A stretch of 64,000 nucleotides of DNA from Epiperipatus broadwayi (Eukaryota > Animalia > Onychophora): contig JAQFVV010000007.1 in the NCBI GenBank assembly GCA_028023455.1, positions 14,012,001 through 14,076,000 of the forward strand, in the 5' to 3' direction. This document shows positions 26,424 to 40,610 of this stretch, piece by piece. The translations under genes and the position numbers were made by a program. Position 1 is the first letter of the stretch; each line of letters starts with the position of its first letter. The notes below the pieces were generated by a model. That model did not search any database, had not been told where the DNA came from, and worked only from the letters and a program-made list of their open reading frames with translations.

Positions 26424-27670
26424 GTATTTTCTTCACCGATGAGAAAAAAAAATAGGAACAGGCGGGGGAGGGGAGAAAAAATTATTTAATTGCAATTTAA
26501 TGTGGAATGCTAAGTTAGCGAACTTTTAAAATATATATATATGGCTTCTGGTTAATTGATCATTCTCGCGATATTCCCATATCTGTACATTAGTAATAAA
26601 TAATGGAATCGTTTCTTCTTAAGTCAACTATTGCGATTGATTGATAATGGGACGAAAAGAAAAATATATATTATTCTTGAGTATGTGTGCACATGATCAT
26701 TTTTTGCAGGGTTATGTAACACAAATTATTAACTTACATCATTTGGGAGATAGTCCCCAATTTCCACTTAACCCTCATTGTAACATCTAACTTATTGGTA
26801 ATTAAAGGTGGGACATGGATTTATAACTTCACCGTATTATGAAAAGTAATTAAAATATACACGTGAATTTTCTTATTATTTTTATATGTTGCTTCTGTTG
26901 CTATACAGACCTCATCTCGTTAAATTAATAGAGCATTCTACTATACAGCTCATAATTTCTTTTTTTGTTTTAAAGTAGTATTAATTTGCTGCATGGAAAA
27001 AATAATCAACCTATTCTTGCTCCTACAATCCAATGAATGTATTCACAGATTTCATAAATGCATTGGTCATAACCAGTTTTGTTAAATGATTAGTGAATGA
27101 TGAACGTAAGAAAGCCTCCCAAAATCTCAAATTACACAATAACATAACTGCTATACTCATTCTTCCATATTGCCTTACAAATGTCACCTTACCTTCCAAG
27201 TACCTAATAATATACATAATTTTGTGCCAAGTAAAATTTAGTGCAGTAGTGAAATGGCAGATTCTATGATAAGATTCCAGGGCACCAGATGTTAAAGTGC
27301 TTGCCTTAGGATAAAGTCAAGATAATTACTCTTTTGAGCATATGATTAATCATATAAAAGATCACATGATGTTCTTGATTGAATCTAATTTGAAAATGTA
27401 ATAAATCTTAAATCAGTCAGTTGAATGTGGCTATTGGATTGACCTGACAGTAGAGTTATGAGTGTCATATGACCTCTTGAGTAACTAACTATTACACTGA
27501 TCTTTTAAAGTAATGTTCATACTAAAATAAGGATCACTGTTTTATAGTGTATCACACTGCAGCAAATTTATGAAAAATAAAATTCAAGAGCTTATGTTTT
27601 TGTTTATGAGTCATTTGATAAAAGATGCTTTGTAATCATAAAACTGTCTGCTGTATTAGTTATAATGTAG

Positions 27671-27886
27671 GAGGTTTGAACTCAGACTTTCATGCTCTTT
27701 TCCACTATATTAAGTCAGACTTTCAAGCTCTTTTTAACTTTCCACTCTAACATGTACAACTGATACACATGACCCAACACAAGTGAAAAAGGTAAATAAT
27801 CTCCAATATATGTACATTTTGCTGAACCAGCAATCATCAGTTGACAGTTCAATATATTCCACCTTCCACCTCTTCAGCCACCCATT
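27671..27886 (-). mobile_element. Family A copy with decayed HHR (27803-27844)
   Basis: TCAA CTGATGA TTGCTG gtt CAGCAA AATG TACATATA TTGG on the minus strand. Confidence 0.75.
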
Positions 27887-30800
27887 AGTTAATATAAATT
27901 ATATGAGTAACAAAAAGTGCTAATGGCTTTATTGCATGGGAATTCAAAGTTCAAGTGTCAGATCTGTGAGTACCAGAATCATTCTGGGAACCTTCCAATC
28001 CCAAATCAGATGCTCTACCAACAGCACCAAACTGCACCCAACCTTGCCCATTTTTAAACAATTGGTAGAATGTCCAACCTGGGATCAGGATGTACCATGA
28101 TTAATTCTGCCACTCTAATTTCTTACAAGTTCCCAAGCAATAAAGCCATTATCTTTTTATGAATAATATCTATTAAAAATATTTACATGTATATATTTAT
28201 TTGGCTTATGGATTTTTTTAGATGACATTCTTTAGCAAAAGTATTATTCAGTAACCTAAAGGAATTCTTATTAGGAAATAGAATCATTGATGAACTATAG
28301 TACACTTTCCAATTCTGTCACTGGTTCCACAGGTTTAACAGTCATTAACTGTGTATTTCTCAGTTTCTATATTTCTACATCTGCACAGGTCATAAAAGGT
28401 TAGTACTTGCTAAATTTTATTTATAAGTAGATGAGATCAGTGGTCATTGTGATGTCCTGAATATGTTGATGAGATATCAGTTACAACTAGAAAGAGAAAA
28501 TCCAATTAACTTTACAGTTGGATCTGGATAAAGGCCATTTTTGTACCATAGTTATTTAAATTTAGATTTTTATTTGAACATGTAACAACTCCTAAAGAAT
28601 AGAAAAAACTCAATACCACTTAAAATATTGTGTTATATTCAAACCTGTGTTCTAGTAATAACAATGGAACATAATTGAAAAGTGTAAATAAAGTTTGACT
28701 TTTTCTAAAAGCATTTAACTTTCTAACAATTGACAGTTTCTATCATATGACCTTATGATAACTTTGTCAATGTTTAATTAATATTAATCTCATTTTATAT
28801 TAGGATTCAATAAATTGAACTTGATTTGTTAGAAATATAAGTTTACAAATGAAGCATTTTGCAAATATAGAAAGTATAATAATGAAGTGAAACAACATAA
28901 CAAGAACAATACTTTTTTTCTTATTAGCTGATTACGAAAGCATTGGTAGAAAAAATAAAATCTTTATTGACTGAACTTTATTTGTAAAATGCAAATAAAT
29001 TTGTATTTAGTCATCATAAATCTATGAAATTCTGTTCTAAAAATTAAAATTATATATATAATTATTAAAATATCATGCAAGTTCTATACTACTACACTTA
29101 AACAAATCATTATAATTCCTATTTATTTATCATTATGAATAATTTTTTAAACAAGTATTTTTAAAAAGAAAACATTTATTTAATGTTAAAATATAATAAT
29201 GCATACTTTTGATTTTAAATAATTATTATACAAATATTTTGAAAAATCATCAAATATTTTTAATCTTGCAATGGGTTTCTACTTATTATTGACTTTCTAG
29301 TAGAGATTGAATCCTTTATACTTTCTTTTATCAGTAAACTTCTGACATCTGCAGATTTTTTTAAATTAATAAATTGTTATATTTTAGTTTCAATTTCTAC
29401 AATCAAAATGAAAGCAAAATCAGAAAAATAGAGCTATAATTAAGGCACAAAAGGGTGAAAGAAAAGCAAAGATACCTACCAGCACCATTTCCAAATGAAA
29501 TACTTGTATTTATTAATGTATTAGCTAAAAAAATCTAATGATGATTAATTTTTGACTTGTGTAAATAATTGTATGATAACGTTTTTTAATGCTAATCAAA
29601 AATAATAATAAATAATTACTTTTTTATTTCCTTAAAAAAAACACTACAAACAAATATTGATTTTTATAAATAGTCAAAACATTTTAAATATGAATGAAAA
29701 TGATAAAAATGAGATACAAAATAAAAATTATAAATAGTCAAGAGTTGGAAATATATACAAATTTCTAAAAAAAAAATTGAAATTGACTATATGAAATAAT
29801 TAAAGATGCAAATATTACTGAAAGGATTTAAAATATATTGCAAAGAAAGAAAAGAAAGTCAGGCAAATAAAAAAGTATTAGATAATTTTAAAAAGTTTAT
29901 TAAAAAGTAAAATAAATTAGAAAAAAATGTGCAATAATGATGAAAAACAATCAGACACAAAGCGAAATGGATAAGTAATACAACTTTTTCAAACTTAAAT
30001 CAGAATTAAAATCATATACATTAAAATTGTCACTATTCCACACATCATGGGGATTTTTTAACTTTTCCAAATATCTTTATTCATGTTTCAGGAATAGGAG
30101 AAAAATTTTAAAAATATCTAAAAAAGATAATATATATATGTAATATTTTATAATGAACACTTTTTTTACTGTGTGTTTAAAAGTCAAAACAATTATTTTC
30201 ATCAATGGCAATTGATTTTTATATTTAACTTGAAATAAAAGCATGGAGTCCATAAATTAATTAATTCAATCATTAGATATAAAAGTAAATGACTCAGCAA
30301 AATAAATATAAAAACACCAATTGTGATTAAAAAATTAACTTTTGACTTTTTAGTGCACAGGAAATAAGATTAATTATTATAAAATATATTTACATATATT
30401 ATTTTTAACTTTTTAATATTCATATGATGAGTAAAAGAGTTTGATGAGTAAAAGAGTTTATTACAAAATATTATATATATATGTATATTATTTTTAACAT
30501 TTTACAATCCATATATTTCTTATAATTATTCTTATTTAAGATGAAGAATAAAAACAATGCTGCATTCTGGGTAATATTCAAAATGAAATTTGTGCATATT
30601 AAAAATCGTTATTTCGTTTATGGAAAAAACATTTTACAAAAATAATTTTTTACAATCCAGAGAAATTAAGATTTGTTTTTTATTACTACTTTAATTTATA
30701 GTAACACCTTATTAGTGTAACTCTTTTTTTAAATATATACCCCTCTTTTGTAAATATCACCCAATAGACACTGAACTGACATCAAGGTGTGTGAAATTCA

Positions 30801-31199
30801 GCCCACAAACCCATTACACTAAACAAACAAGTGGATAAACTGGAAATATTTCACTTTTATATTGCATTGTCATGAATTTGAAAGAAATCCATTTGATAAA
30901 AGCATGTTAAAAATTGATTACAAGATTTATCCTAAAAAAAAAAAAAATGGAGTTTTTCAGTTAAAAAAGATGGATTAATGAAATCTTGTGATTATATTTT
31001 ATAAAGAGCATGCATATCAATATTTAATTGAGTTTAAAGTTTGTATCTGGGATATGGATGTTATGATAATCTCTAACCTAATGGATAATTAGTAATACAA
31101 AATAATGTACATATTTAAAGTAGATGTGTCAAAGTTATGAGTTCAGAAACTTTCATACTTGCAAATTAACTTTTTTCAGCATCACGTAACTGAATCAAT

Positions 31200-32874
31200 T
31201 GCTCCCCATAAAACTATTTGTATAATCACTTGTAGTCATCATCAATATCTTCAACAATTACTGATTCACATCTGGATGAGGTTTAATGCAGTAACTTTGA
31301 TCCCTAGTTTTTCTTTTTACAACATACCAAAAAACTTTCTTAATTCACCCATCCATTCTATATGTAGTCTCTTTTTAAGTCTTTTACAATCTCTAGATAT
31401 TCCTTTCAAAACTTCAACAGTCTAAATATTTACATCTATCAATATTTCCAGATTAGCACCACTTCAGTCCCGTAATTGTTTCAATCATGACAGTAATACC
31501 TGTCTGTTTCTCACCCATGTATTTTGTTTTTGATTTTTTCTTGTTACCCCTACCATACATCTCTTCACACTTCATTAAGTGACCTCAATGTCACACCTAT
31601 AAGTAAAACCTACTAAAACACATATTTAAAACTTGTTTTACAAATACACAGGCACATCTTTTAATATTAAGTTATAAAAAAATATTATATCCAAGTTTAA
31701 TACTATGTTTAATTTTATCCATTATGCTTCTGACACTGTTAATTATCTAATGAAGGTATTAGCTGTTAATTTCTTCTAATTCATGGTTATAAGTCTTTTT
31801 TTTTTCACTGAAGAAATCCATTAGACATTATTTCAGTCTCTGGAGTATTAATTTTAATCCTGCTTTTTAAAAAATTTTAATCTGATAATTCTTGCAACAT
31901 TTCTTGAAGATAATACAATTTTCTTCTTCTTCATCCTTTTCTTATGTATTCATTTCTATATTTACATATTATATCATTTCCAATCTTCTTATACACTTAA
32001 CAATACTATTTATTAGACCAAAAATTTACTCTTAAAGTATCAACTGTCCTGAAGTCATCCTCAAAGTTCTTTTTGATGATACCTGCAGAACAATCAAAAC
32101 TATAAGACTAATGTTTTGGCATAAAAAATACTATTGTTAAGTATATAAAAAGATTGGAAATGGTATATGAAATATTATTTGTAAAAATAACAATATGTTC
32201 TGTCTAATTTATATAATTTAAATAATCTCTACTTACTTTTACTCTAATCATCAAAATACTTCTTATAAAAATGTTGTAAACATTTTGGAGATAAACAATC
32301 GCCTTGCCATTCACATTTCTCATTGGTTATAATCTTAGAATGTAATGTAATTTTTGCTAATACATTTCTGATAAATATGTTTCAGAGTATAGTAATATCC
32401 TGGATATGTCCAATGCTTTAATCTTTATAAAAATATTTATGAGATCAAATGCCTTTCCATAATCTATATATCTAAAACATAAGGACAATTTATGTTTATT
32501 GAATGTGTCTATCACTTTTCACAGTAATGATCTATTATATTAAAACCATTTATACCCATCTTGATATTTGGGTCTGTTAGTATCCAAAGTTTACTGTAGA
32601 TGAGATGTAATTATCTTGGCAAAAATTTTATAAAGAACTAAATAGAAGATTGATAAGTCTGTAATTTTTTAAATTTTATTTATGACTTTTCAAAAACATT
32701 CCTGCTTTTTTCCAATCACCTTATATACTTTTATTATTTAAATAGCCATTTGAGGATATACCTATCTTTTTTTTTTTACCCACTTCTTTTAAAATGTCAA
32801 TAATAATTTTATCATTACCTGAAACTTTTTCCTTCTTCTTAGATTTATCTTTATATTTGATTTCTTTTAAAATG
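31200..32874 (-). mobile_element. RTE LINE, RT and 3' part (piece 4 of one interrupted element)
   Basis: NLKNYRLINLL, KIITSHLQ, IDYGKAFD, KRCMVGVTRK, WVR.QTG, RDCKRL motifs. Confidence 0.8.
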
Positions 32875-33116
32875 TTAAACATCACATGATCACCATTTCT
32901 TAAGCATGCTCATAACTGTTAATAAAACAGGCAAAACTTTCCATACAGTAGTGCCACTCAATGCAAGCCAGAAACCACAAGCTAGAAATTAGTCTAGGGA
33001 TATTAGATGAGTAGGCACTAGATAGGGATTTTATGCACAAGCCTTCTGGTATCCATTGATTATTCTGGCTTGCACAGAGTGGCACTACTGTATGGAGAGT
33101 TCTGCCTGTTTTAATA
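32875..33116. mobile_element. Family B fold-back insertion with TSD, inside RTE; sense arm starts within the HHR
   Basis: CTTTTAAAATG at 32864-32874 and 33117-33127; the empty site reads PCILKEIKY in the RTE frame. Confidence 0.88.
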
Positions 33117-33364
33117 CTTTTAAAATGCACGGTGTCCCAAAAGATGTAATAACTAGAAGGTGTAGATTGTTATCTTGTTTTATATTACATTATAAATCTT
33201 TATAGAACTTTTCCACATATTTTATGATATCTTCTCTCTTTTTATCAATAGTTCCTTCTCTTTTTCTTGTGGCAGAAATAAGTTTCCTACCAATTCCAAG
33301 AATTTGTTTTTTTTTTAGTTTTGGATCTTTTATTTTCTTCTTTAGCTTTTCTTGCCATTTCACA
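33117..33364 (-). mobile_element. RTE LINE piece 3
   Basis: IVKWQEK..GIGRKLISATRKREGTIDKKREDIIKYVEKFYKDL. Confidence 0.75.
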
Positions 33365-33760
<396 letters not shown>

Positions 33761-34872
33761 TATTTTGATTTAGGCAAAGCATTTGATCGAGTAGATCACT
33801 CTAGATTGATTTAGTAAGTTGCACATGATTGATTTTAGTTGTGAACTTTTGCAGTGGTTTGTATCTTTTGTCTGAAATAGACCTAATTTTGTATCTTTTG
33901 AGTCTGCAAAATCATACACATATTTTACTAATGCTGGAGTGCCTCAAGGAAGTATATTTGGACCATTGCTTTTTTCAGTTTATTCTTTAGATATAGAGCA
34001 GTGTGTAAGTGGTTTTAACATTCTCTACTTTGCAGATGATATTAAACAATATAAAACTGTTAAAAAGTTTGATGATCAAAAGATTTTGCAGTCTGATATC
34101 AAAAAATTTCAGGATTGGTGTGTGGGAAATTATATGGAAATTAACATTGAAAAATGTTGGGTCATATAATTTTCTAAAAAATCATCTACAAGTCTGTTTA
34201 ATTATACACTAAACTCAAAAAGTATTTCAAGAAAAGAAGATCATAAAGATTTAGGTATTATTTTTAATAATAATGGAACATTTAATAATAATATTCAAAA
34301 TATTATTACAAAAAGTTATAAAATAATGGGTTTAATTCTCAGAAACTGTAAAATATTTAAGAGAAGTACATGTGTGTATTTGTTTCATACATTGGTCTTA
34401 CCTATTTTAAATTATGGATCTTTGATCTGGAACTCATGTAAATTAAATAATAGATTAGCACTGGAAAAGGTTTATAAAAAAATTTTCAGATACATTAAAT
34501 CAGAAATAATATGTGACAACAATGCACTCTACAAAAGATGAATCTATACTGATATGAAGTATTAAAAAAAATTACATCAGGTATAATAAATGTGAGAAGT
34601 TGCCAAACAACATTATCATTTAAGATAAAGATAAAGGATACGAGATCAAAAAATTTATATAATATTCCAAAATTTAAAAGTGAAACATTAAAAAATTCAG
34701 CATTAGTAAGATTACCTGGATTGTACAATAAATACTTTAATGATGTTAATATATTTGAAACAGATGATAGAACATTTAAGACTACTGTGCAAAAAACTCT
34801 GCAAATACTTTGTGAACTAGATTAACTGTGCATTTTTATTTGGATGTAAAAATCTGTTAAATGTATTAAATT
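33761..34872 (+). mobile_element. 5'-truncated CR1/Jockey-group LINE
   Basis: YFDLGKAFDRVDH, GVPQGSIFGPLLF, YFADDIK, KDLGIIF, LVLPILNYGSLIW; ends in an ATT tail. Confidence 0.88.
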
Positions 34873-34976
34873 AAATTATTATTATTATTATTATTATTAT
34901 CATCATCATCATCATCATTATCATCATCATTATTATTATTATGATGATGATAATGATGATGATGATGATGATGATG
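34873..34976. repeat. (ATT)/(ATC)/(ATG) microsatellite shared by two tail-to-tail elements
   Basis: Directly visible. Confidence 0.95.
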
Positions 34977-36150
34977 TTTCAACGATAAGCTTTATTTGTC
35001 TTAAACAGTTACAAGAGTTTACATAGCTTGGATTGCTGTGTTTACATGGTCAATCCGTAGTTGTAGGTTTACATATATAAAAATGGATTTATTGTTTTAC
35101 ACAGGATTGCAGGAATTTTACATGCTGTGAATTAGTTACATTGTTTTACATAACTTGGATTGCTGTGGTTACATTGGGGAATCCATAGATATAGGTTTAC
35201 CTATATAAAAGTTGATTTATTGATTTACATGAGATTACAAAAAAATTGTCATGCTGTGGATTAGTTACAAGGGTTTTTACTTGGCTTGAATTGCCATGGT
35301 TTCATCAGCAATCCATAGGTGTAGGTTTATGTATGTAAAAGTTTATTTATGCTATAGATTAGTTAGAATGGTTTTACATAGCTTAGATTACTGTGGTTAC
35401 ATAGGTAGTCTGTAGTTGTAGTTTTACACATGTAAAAGTTGTTTTATTGGTTTACCCAAGATTGCATAAAATTTTACATGGTCTGGACTATTGTATCTAC
35501 AGATGCAATCCAAGTGGTTGAGTTGCCTTGGTAACATAGACAAGGACTAGAAATTTCCATGGTAGTGTGGCAGTTATCTATGAAGTCTGGCCTGGTGTTG
35601 TGAAATCAATGTCAGTATATTTATTTTTAGGGTATCTTCTTTGGATTACCAGGCTTTCTCTTGGTTTCATTGTCAAGGTGGGTTAAGGAGAGTGTTGGTG
35701 TGAAGCATGGTGGGATTGCCAAGCCTATTTTCTGGTGTATTTGAATAGATGAGTGTTGCAGAGGAGTGGGGTGGCATAGCTATGTTAGAATTGGTTGCAA
35801 TTGTTAAGTTGGACTTTGTGGTAGGCTGGTCAGACTCTGGATCTGTGTGCTAGAAGTAAGAGCTGGGTAAGGCTTTTGATGAAGTTTAAGAATGAGATCC
35901 ATGTGTAGAGTGTCCTGATATCCATAGGAAGTTGGTAGTACAGCTATGTTTGAACTGGTTGCAACTGTTGAGTTAGAGTTTGTGGTTGGTTGGTCTCTGA
36001 CTCTGGGTCTGGCTGTGTTAGAGTTGGTGGCCAAGTAAGGCTTTTTATATGATTTAAGTGTGAGATTCATGGCTAGTGTCCAGGAAAATTCTAGGCAAGT
36101 AGTTAGGCTCAGTATTGCTATTAAAAGTGACATGTTTTTTTGAAATTACC
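34977..36150 (-). mobile_element. Unclassified retroelement-like 3' segment with internal tandem repeats
   Basis: AATAAA then (CAT)n on minus at 34992-34960; about 4 x 125-bp repeats (35008-35490) and 2 x 162-bp repeats (35780-36100). Confidence 0.45.
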
Positions 36151-36664
36151 TAGTAACTTGATGATAGTTGAAGATTTGAACAGAAAATTGGAAATCAGTT
36201 ATCAACTGATTGGTAATTGAAAAAAGTATATAGTTTTATTTTCTAGCCTAAAGTTTTGACTACTTTATAAGCATAAACAGCCAGGGCTTGTTAACTCAAT
36301 TGTGAGCAAATGAACTAATTGCTGGGAACTTGAAATCGAATTTTTATTACTAAACAAATATTAGAGATTGCTACAATAACGTTAAAAATAAACTTATGCC
36401 TAACTGACCTTTGGATTTTGAAACTCTATGTTGGTATTATTGTGGGAAAACACTGGTCATGCAATGGCTTTTTTTTTTTAAATTATCATTAGGTAACTTG
36501 ATTTCAATTGGAAGTTTGAATAAAAAATGTAATAATCAACTGATTAAAGGCATATTATTATCTTGAATTAGATTAAGATTATGAATTCTTTTTAAGCATA
36601 AAAAAACAAAGCTAGTTAACTTGTTATTTAGTAAGTGAATTACTTGCAGGAAATTTGTAACTGA

Positions 36665-36987
<323 letters not shown>

Positions 36988-37380
36988 AAACTTTTTCATA
37001 GCACATTGCAAAACTTTGGATATTCATTTCTTTTTATTGGATCATTTTAATATATATTTATATTCCTTTTCTTCTTAATAAATTATCATCTGACTAAAAT
37101 GTATTGGCAAATTGCTGCTTTTTGTTGTGGGTATCTTTCTTCCACTTCTTAATAAAGTGTCTGTTATCTTCTTACTAATTTTAGTTAAATGTAAACAATC
37201 ATCAAATTCTTTGTATTTTAAAACAATTTTCAAATTCTAACTTCACATCAATGAAGTATTTTTAATGATTAGGAATGATTTTTTTTAGTTGTTTTTACTT
37301 TTCTACCCTGATGTGAATCTATTTAGAACATTACAATCTTGAAATACATATTTTTGTTATTCTATACATAATCCAATTCT
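36988..37380 (-). mobile_element. RTE LINE piece 2 (end of endonuclease, linker)
   Basis: ELDYV..KDCNVLNRFTSG resembles RTE EIDYI..DV.VLN.F..GSDH; ends AMKKFNN. Confidence 0.6.
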
Positions 37381-37910
37381 CACAGGCAGAGAGTTTTTCC
37401 TGTTTAATAACAGTTATAAGCAAACATACGAAATATTAATCATGTGATGATTATTGGCTTAAAACTAATCCTGCCTAATATGATAGTGGTAGCTATGTTT
37501 ATTAAAAAACCAATCACCAAAATTTATAGGTACTGAACTGAGTTCAGACCTACATGACTATATAAGCTAATGAGCTTGGATTGAAAATATTATGTTTTCA
37601 ATTTAAGACTCATAGTTTTGTAGCTAAATAGAGATAAAAGATGGCTGCTGGAAGGTTGCACTAGATCCTATGATCTAAGTGCAGTGCTCTCAGATCCAAG
37701 GCTCCTCACTAATGAAGGCTACAAGCCAGAAACTAATCTGGGGATATTGGATGAGTAGGCACTAGATGGGGATTTTATGCACAAGCCTTCTGGCATCCAT
37801 TGATTACTCTGGATTGCACTGAGTGGCAATATGTATAGATAGATTTGCCAGTTTTAATAACAGTTGTAAGCCAGTATAGAAAATGGTGATCATGTGATGT
37901 TTATTGGCTT
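37381..37910 (+). mobile_element. Family B full monomer (450-nt period) with terminal redundancy and 13-bp TSD
   Basis: aataacagtt at 37406 and 37856; ATAATCCAATTCT at 37368-37380 and 37911-37923. Confidence 0.88.
37704..37743 (+). ncRNA. Type-I hammerhead ribozyme (family B)
   Basis: CCTCA CTAATGA AGGC tacaa GCCA GAAA CTAA TC TGGGG, with distal TCCAA/TTGGA stem; the copy at 61815-61853 has an intact CTGATGA. Confidence 0.78.
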
Positions 37911-37923
37911 ATAATCCAATTCT

Positions 37924-38620
37924 ACTATACCAACATTTTTATGCTTCTGTGTTCATTTTCATTTAGCATTTTTCGCAATAAAAATATACATTTTTTCCCT
38001 GTAAACAACATGTGTGTCCTCTCTCATTTATAACACCATATTTAATAATTAACCAAAATACTTTTAATTTTCAGTTAATGTTTTCCATGACAATTTTAAA
38101 ATGTTATTTTTTCTAATCAAAAGCCATTTGTACGTCCATATAGACATCTTCTTCTTCATGACAATGAGAACTTGTTGGGGAATAAATCTGAATTATCTGC
38201 ATTTGTTATCTTTCATTTTGCTGAATAACTAATCTTGTCACTTTGATATATCATCAATCGCAGTAATGTTGTTTTTCCACCTTGTATTTATAATAAATTC
38301 AATTCTACTTGTGCTGTTGGGATGTGTGCCTTAGTAATGAAATCATGCCCACCTTTTAAATCAATTATATTTCATCTATTCTTCTAGCTTCTATCTCTTT
38401 TAATATTAAATTGTTTTTCTTACAATTCATGAAACTTTCATTTACTTGAGAATGATTTGTACTTTTGAGTCACTAAATAACAGATCAACAGTGAGCAGCA
38501 GTTTTTATCTGCAATCTGTAATTCCTTAGCTATCTCTACTTCTTTCTTCCAATTGTAGCCTTAATTAATGACTTTATAGTTTTCTTGAAATAAATGCCAT
38601 TCTTTATTCTTGTCTGTTAT
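37924..38620 (-). mobile_element. RTE LINE piece 1 (APE endonuclease)
   Basis: MQIIQIYSPTSSHCHEEEDV resembles RTE IIQVYAPTS..DEE. Confidence 0.6.
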
Positions 38621-38863
38621 GGTTGTAAATATCTATTGTAAAAAAGAAGAGATTATTTATATACAGATTCATCTCACTTTTAACTGTCACCTGATATTTT
38701 ATTTATAACCTATAATGCAACTGAGAAGAAAACACAGTGTTTTTTTTTTATTTTAACTAAGTTGTAAAAACTAATAATCTCATCATGCTAGTTGATGCAT
38801 GATGGTGAGAAGTCCATGTTTTCTTACTATACAAATAATCACATAATAATAATAGCTGCAATG

Positions 38864-39734
38864 GGAGGAGAGATACCCAAAAAACTCCAGAATATTGCAA
38901 TAAAAATTGTGTATTTATTTTTAGTAATTACAAATTGAATCACCTTCAATGTACTGTTTATTTGATACAATTCATGAGTCTAAACATGTTTTCCATTTTT
39001 CCAAGGTAATCCTAATATTTTTGTAATGTGGTGCCTTCTAAGATCACACCACTTTTTGAGGTCTTTTTTTATTTGAGAGAATAGGTAGAAATGACACTGA
39101 GAAAAATTGGGTAAATACATCTGAAGGATAAACTGAATCATGTTTTAGTTTAAAATTGTTTACATTCAAGGTTTTGTGCACTAGTACATTGTTGTGGTAA
39201 AACATGCAATCCTGACATTGTCAGGAATTGGGACATTTTCATTTTACTGTCTTACACAAATATTTTAGAACTTGTAGATAAAATGTCTGCTTATTACAAA
39301 GGAATTCTAAGTGAACAATGTCATTTCCATTAAAAAATCACCATCCTCTTGATATTGGACTTTCCTTTCCATGCTTTTTTGGGATGTGGTTAACATGACC
39401 CTTCCATTAAACCACACATAGAGTAGCATTTTTCCTAGAGCAGATTGCTTTGTAAGCTGTTTCAAGTTTTACAACTGTTTTTCCTGCAATTCTTCTTAAC
39501 AGAAAATATAATTTTACATTGTTCTAACTTTTCAGCCATCACAAACATCGGCAATTGAGAAGCAATTACCAAAAGAATATTCATCCCATGGTATCACAGT
39601 TTCACCCTATGTTGATGATGGTTGTCAGACTGATGCAGGGAATCCTCACTAAAGCCATCTAGTGGTGGAAGTGATTACTATAATGTGCTTGCTCTTCAGA
39701 GTCCAATTCCAGTTATTTTGGGTACTCTCTCATA
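38864..39734 (-). mobile_element. Internally deleted mariner with both TIRs
   Basis: TIRs ..GATACCCAAAAAACTCCAGAAT / ATTCCAGTTATTTTGGGTAC..; transposase remnants MAEKLEQ and FYHNNV..H. Confidence 0.7.
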
Positions 39735-40340
39735 TATGAGAACAACCCCTTTTTATAGTCTGAGTGGTAACTCACATGATGATTTTAAAATAAAATTTTT
39801 AGGATAAAATTATCTCAGCAGGATATTCTTTTTGGATTATGATCAAAAAATTATTCAAATTAAGAAAATTATGTAAATATGCAAATTATGAAAAAATTTA
39901 TACTGCATTATGTTTTGCAAAAGTTCTAACCTCTTTTCTGTTTTCATTGTTTTCAAAGGCAAGGTATTTATTATTGCACTCTATTTCCGAAAGTCTTAAA
40001 CTTTAACTACCCATGATCTTTTGATACAATGCAAGTAATAAAGATAATATCAATTCCAGAACATGTTCACAAATTCTTTATACAATTAATTGTTTATAAC
40101 CAAGTTGTTTTTAAATTAACTATAGTCAATTAAGAGTGAAATTAATGTAAAGTTAAAATAACACATACAAAATAAAAACCAAAATAATCCATACAGTATC
40201 ACACATGCTTTTAGAATATGAAAAGATATTTAGTCAAGTTTTTAACTTTAATAAATTACACATAGTTCCCAACAAACATGAGAGGAAAACAAAAATTTAA
40301 GAAAAATGGTTTATTAACATTATTATAATTAGTAATGAAC

Positions 40341-40610
40341 AGAAAATTTAATAATCTACAGTTGAGTGTATTTTGGAATATGCACAATTTAATATAAAAT
40401 TTGTATTTCCTCTTTTGTTTTGATTATAACATCTACCTTTGAAAAGAATGTTCAGTTGTATTAAAATCATTAGAGTCAGTTAATGAGTAGAAAATCTAAT
40501 AATCTACAGTTGAGTGTATTTCGGAATAGGCATAATTTAGTGTAAAATTTGTATTTCTTTTTTGTTTTGAGTATAATATCTACTTTTGAAATGAAGGCTC
40601 AGGTATATTA
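40341..40610. repeat. Tandem duplication, period about 148 bp
   Basis: agaaaat.taataatctacagttgagtgtattt at 40341 and 40489. Confidence 0.85.

Noticed and set aside
30423-30459. TGATGAGTAAAAGAGTT x2 as a hammerhead core
   Set aside because: A simple 17-bp tandem duplication with no stem II or GAAA.
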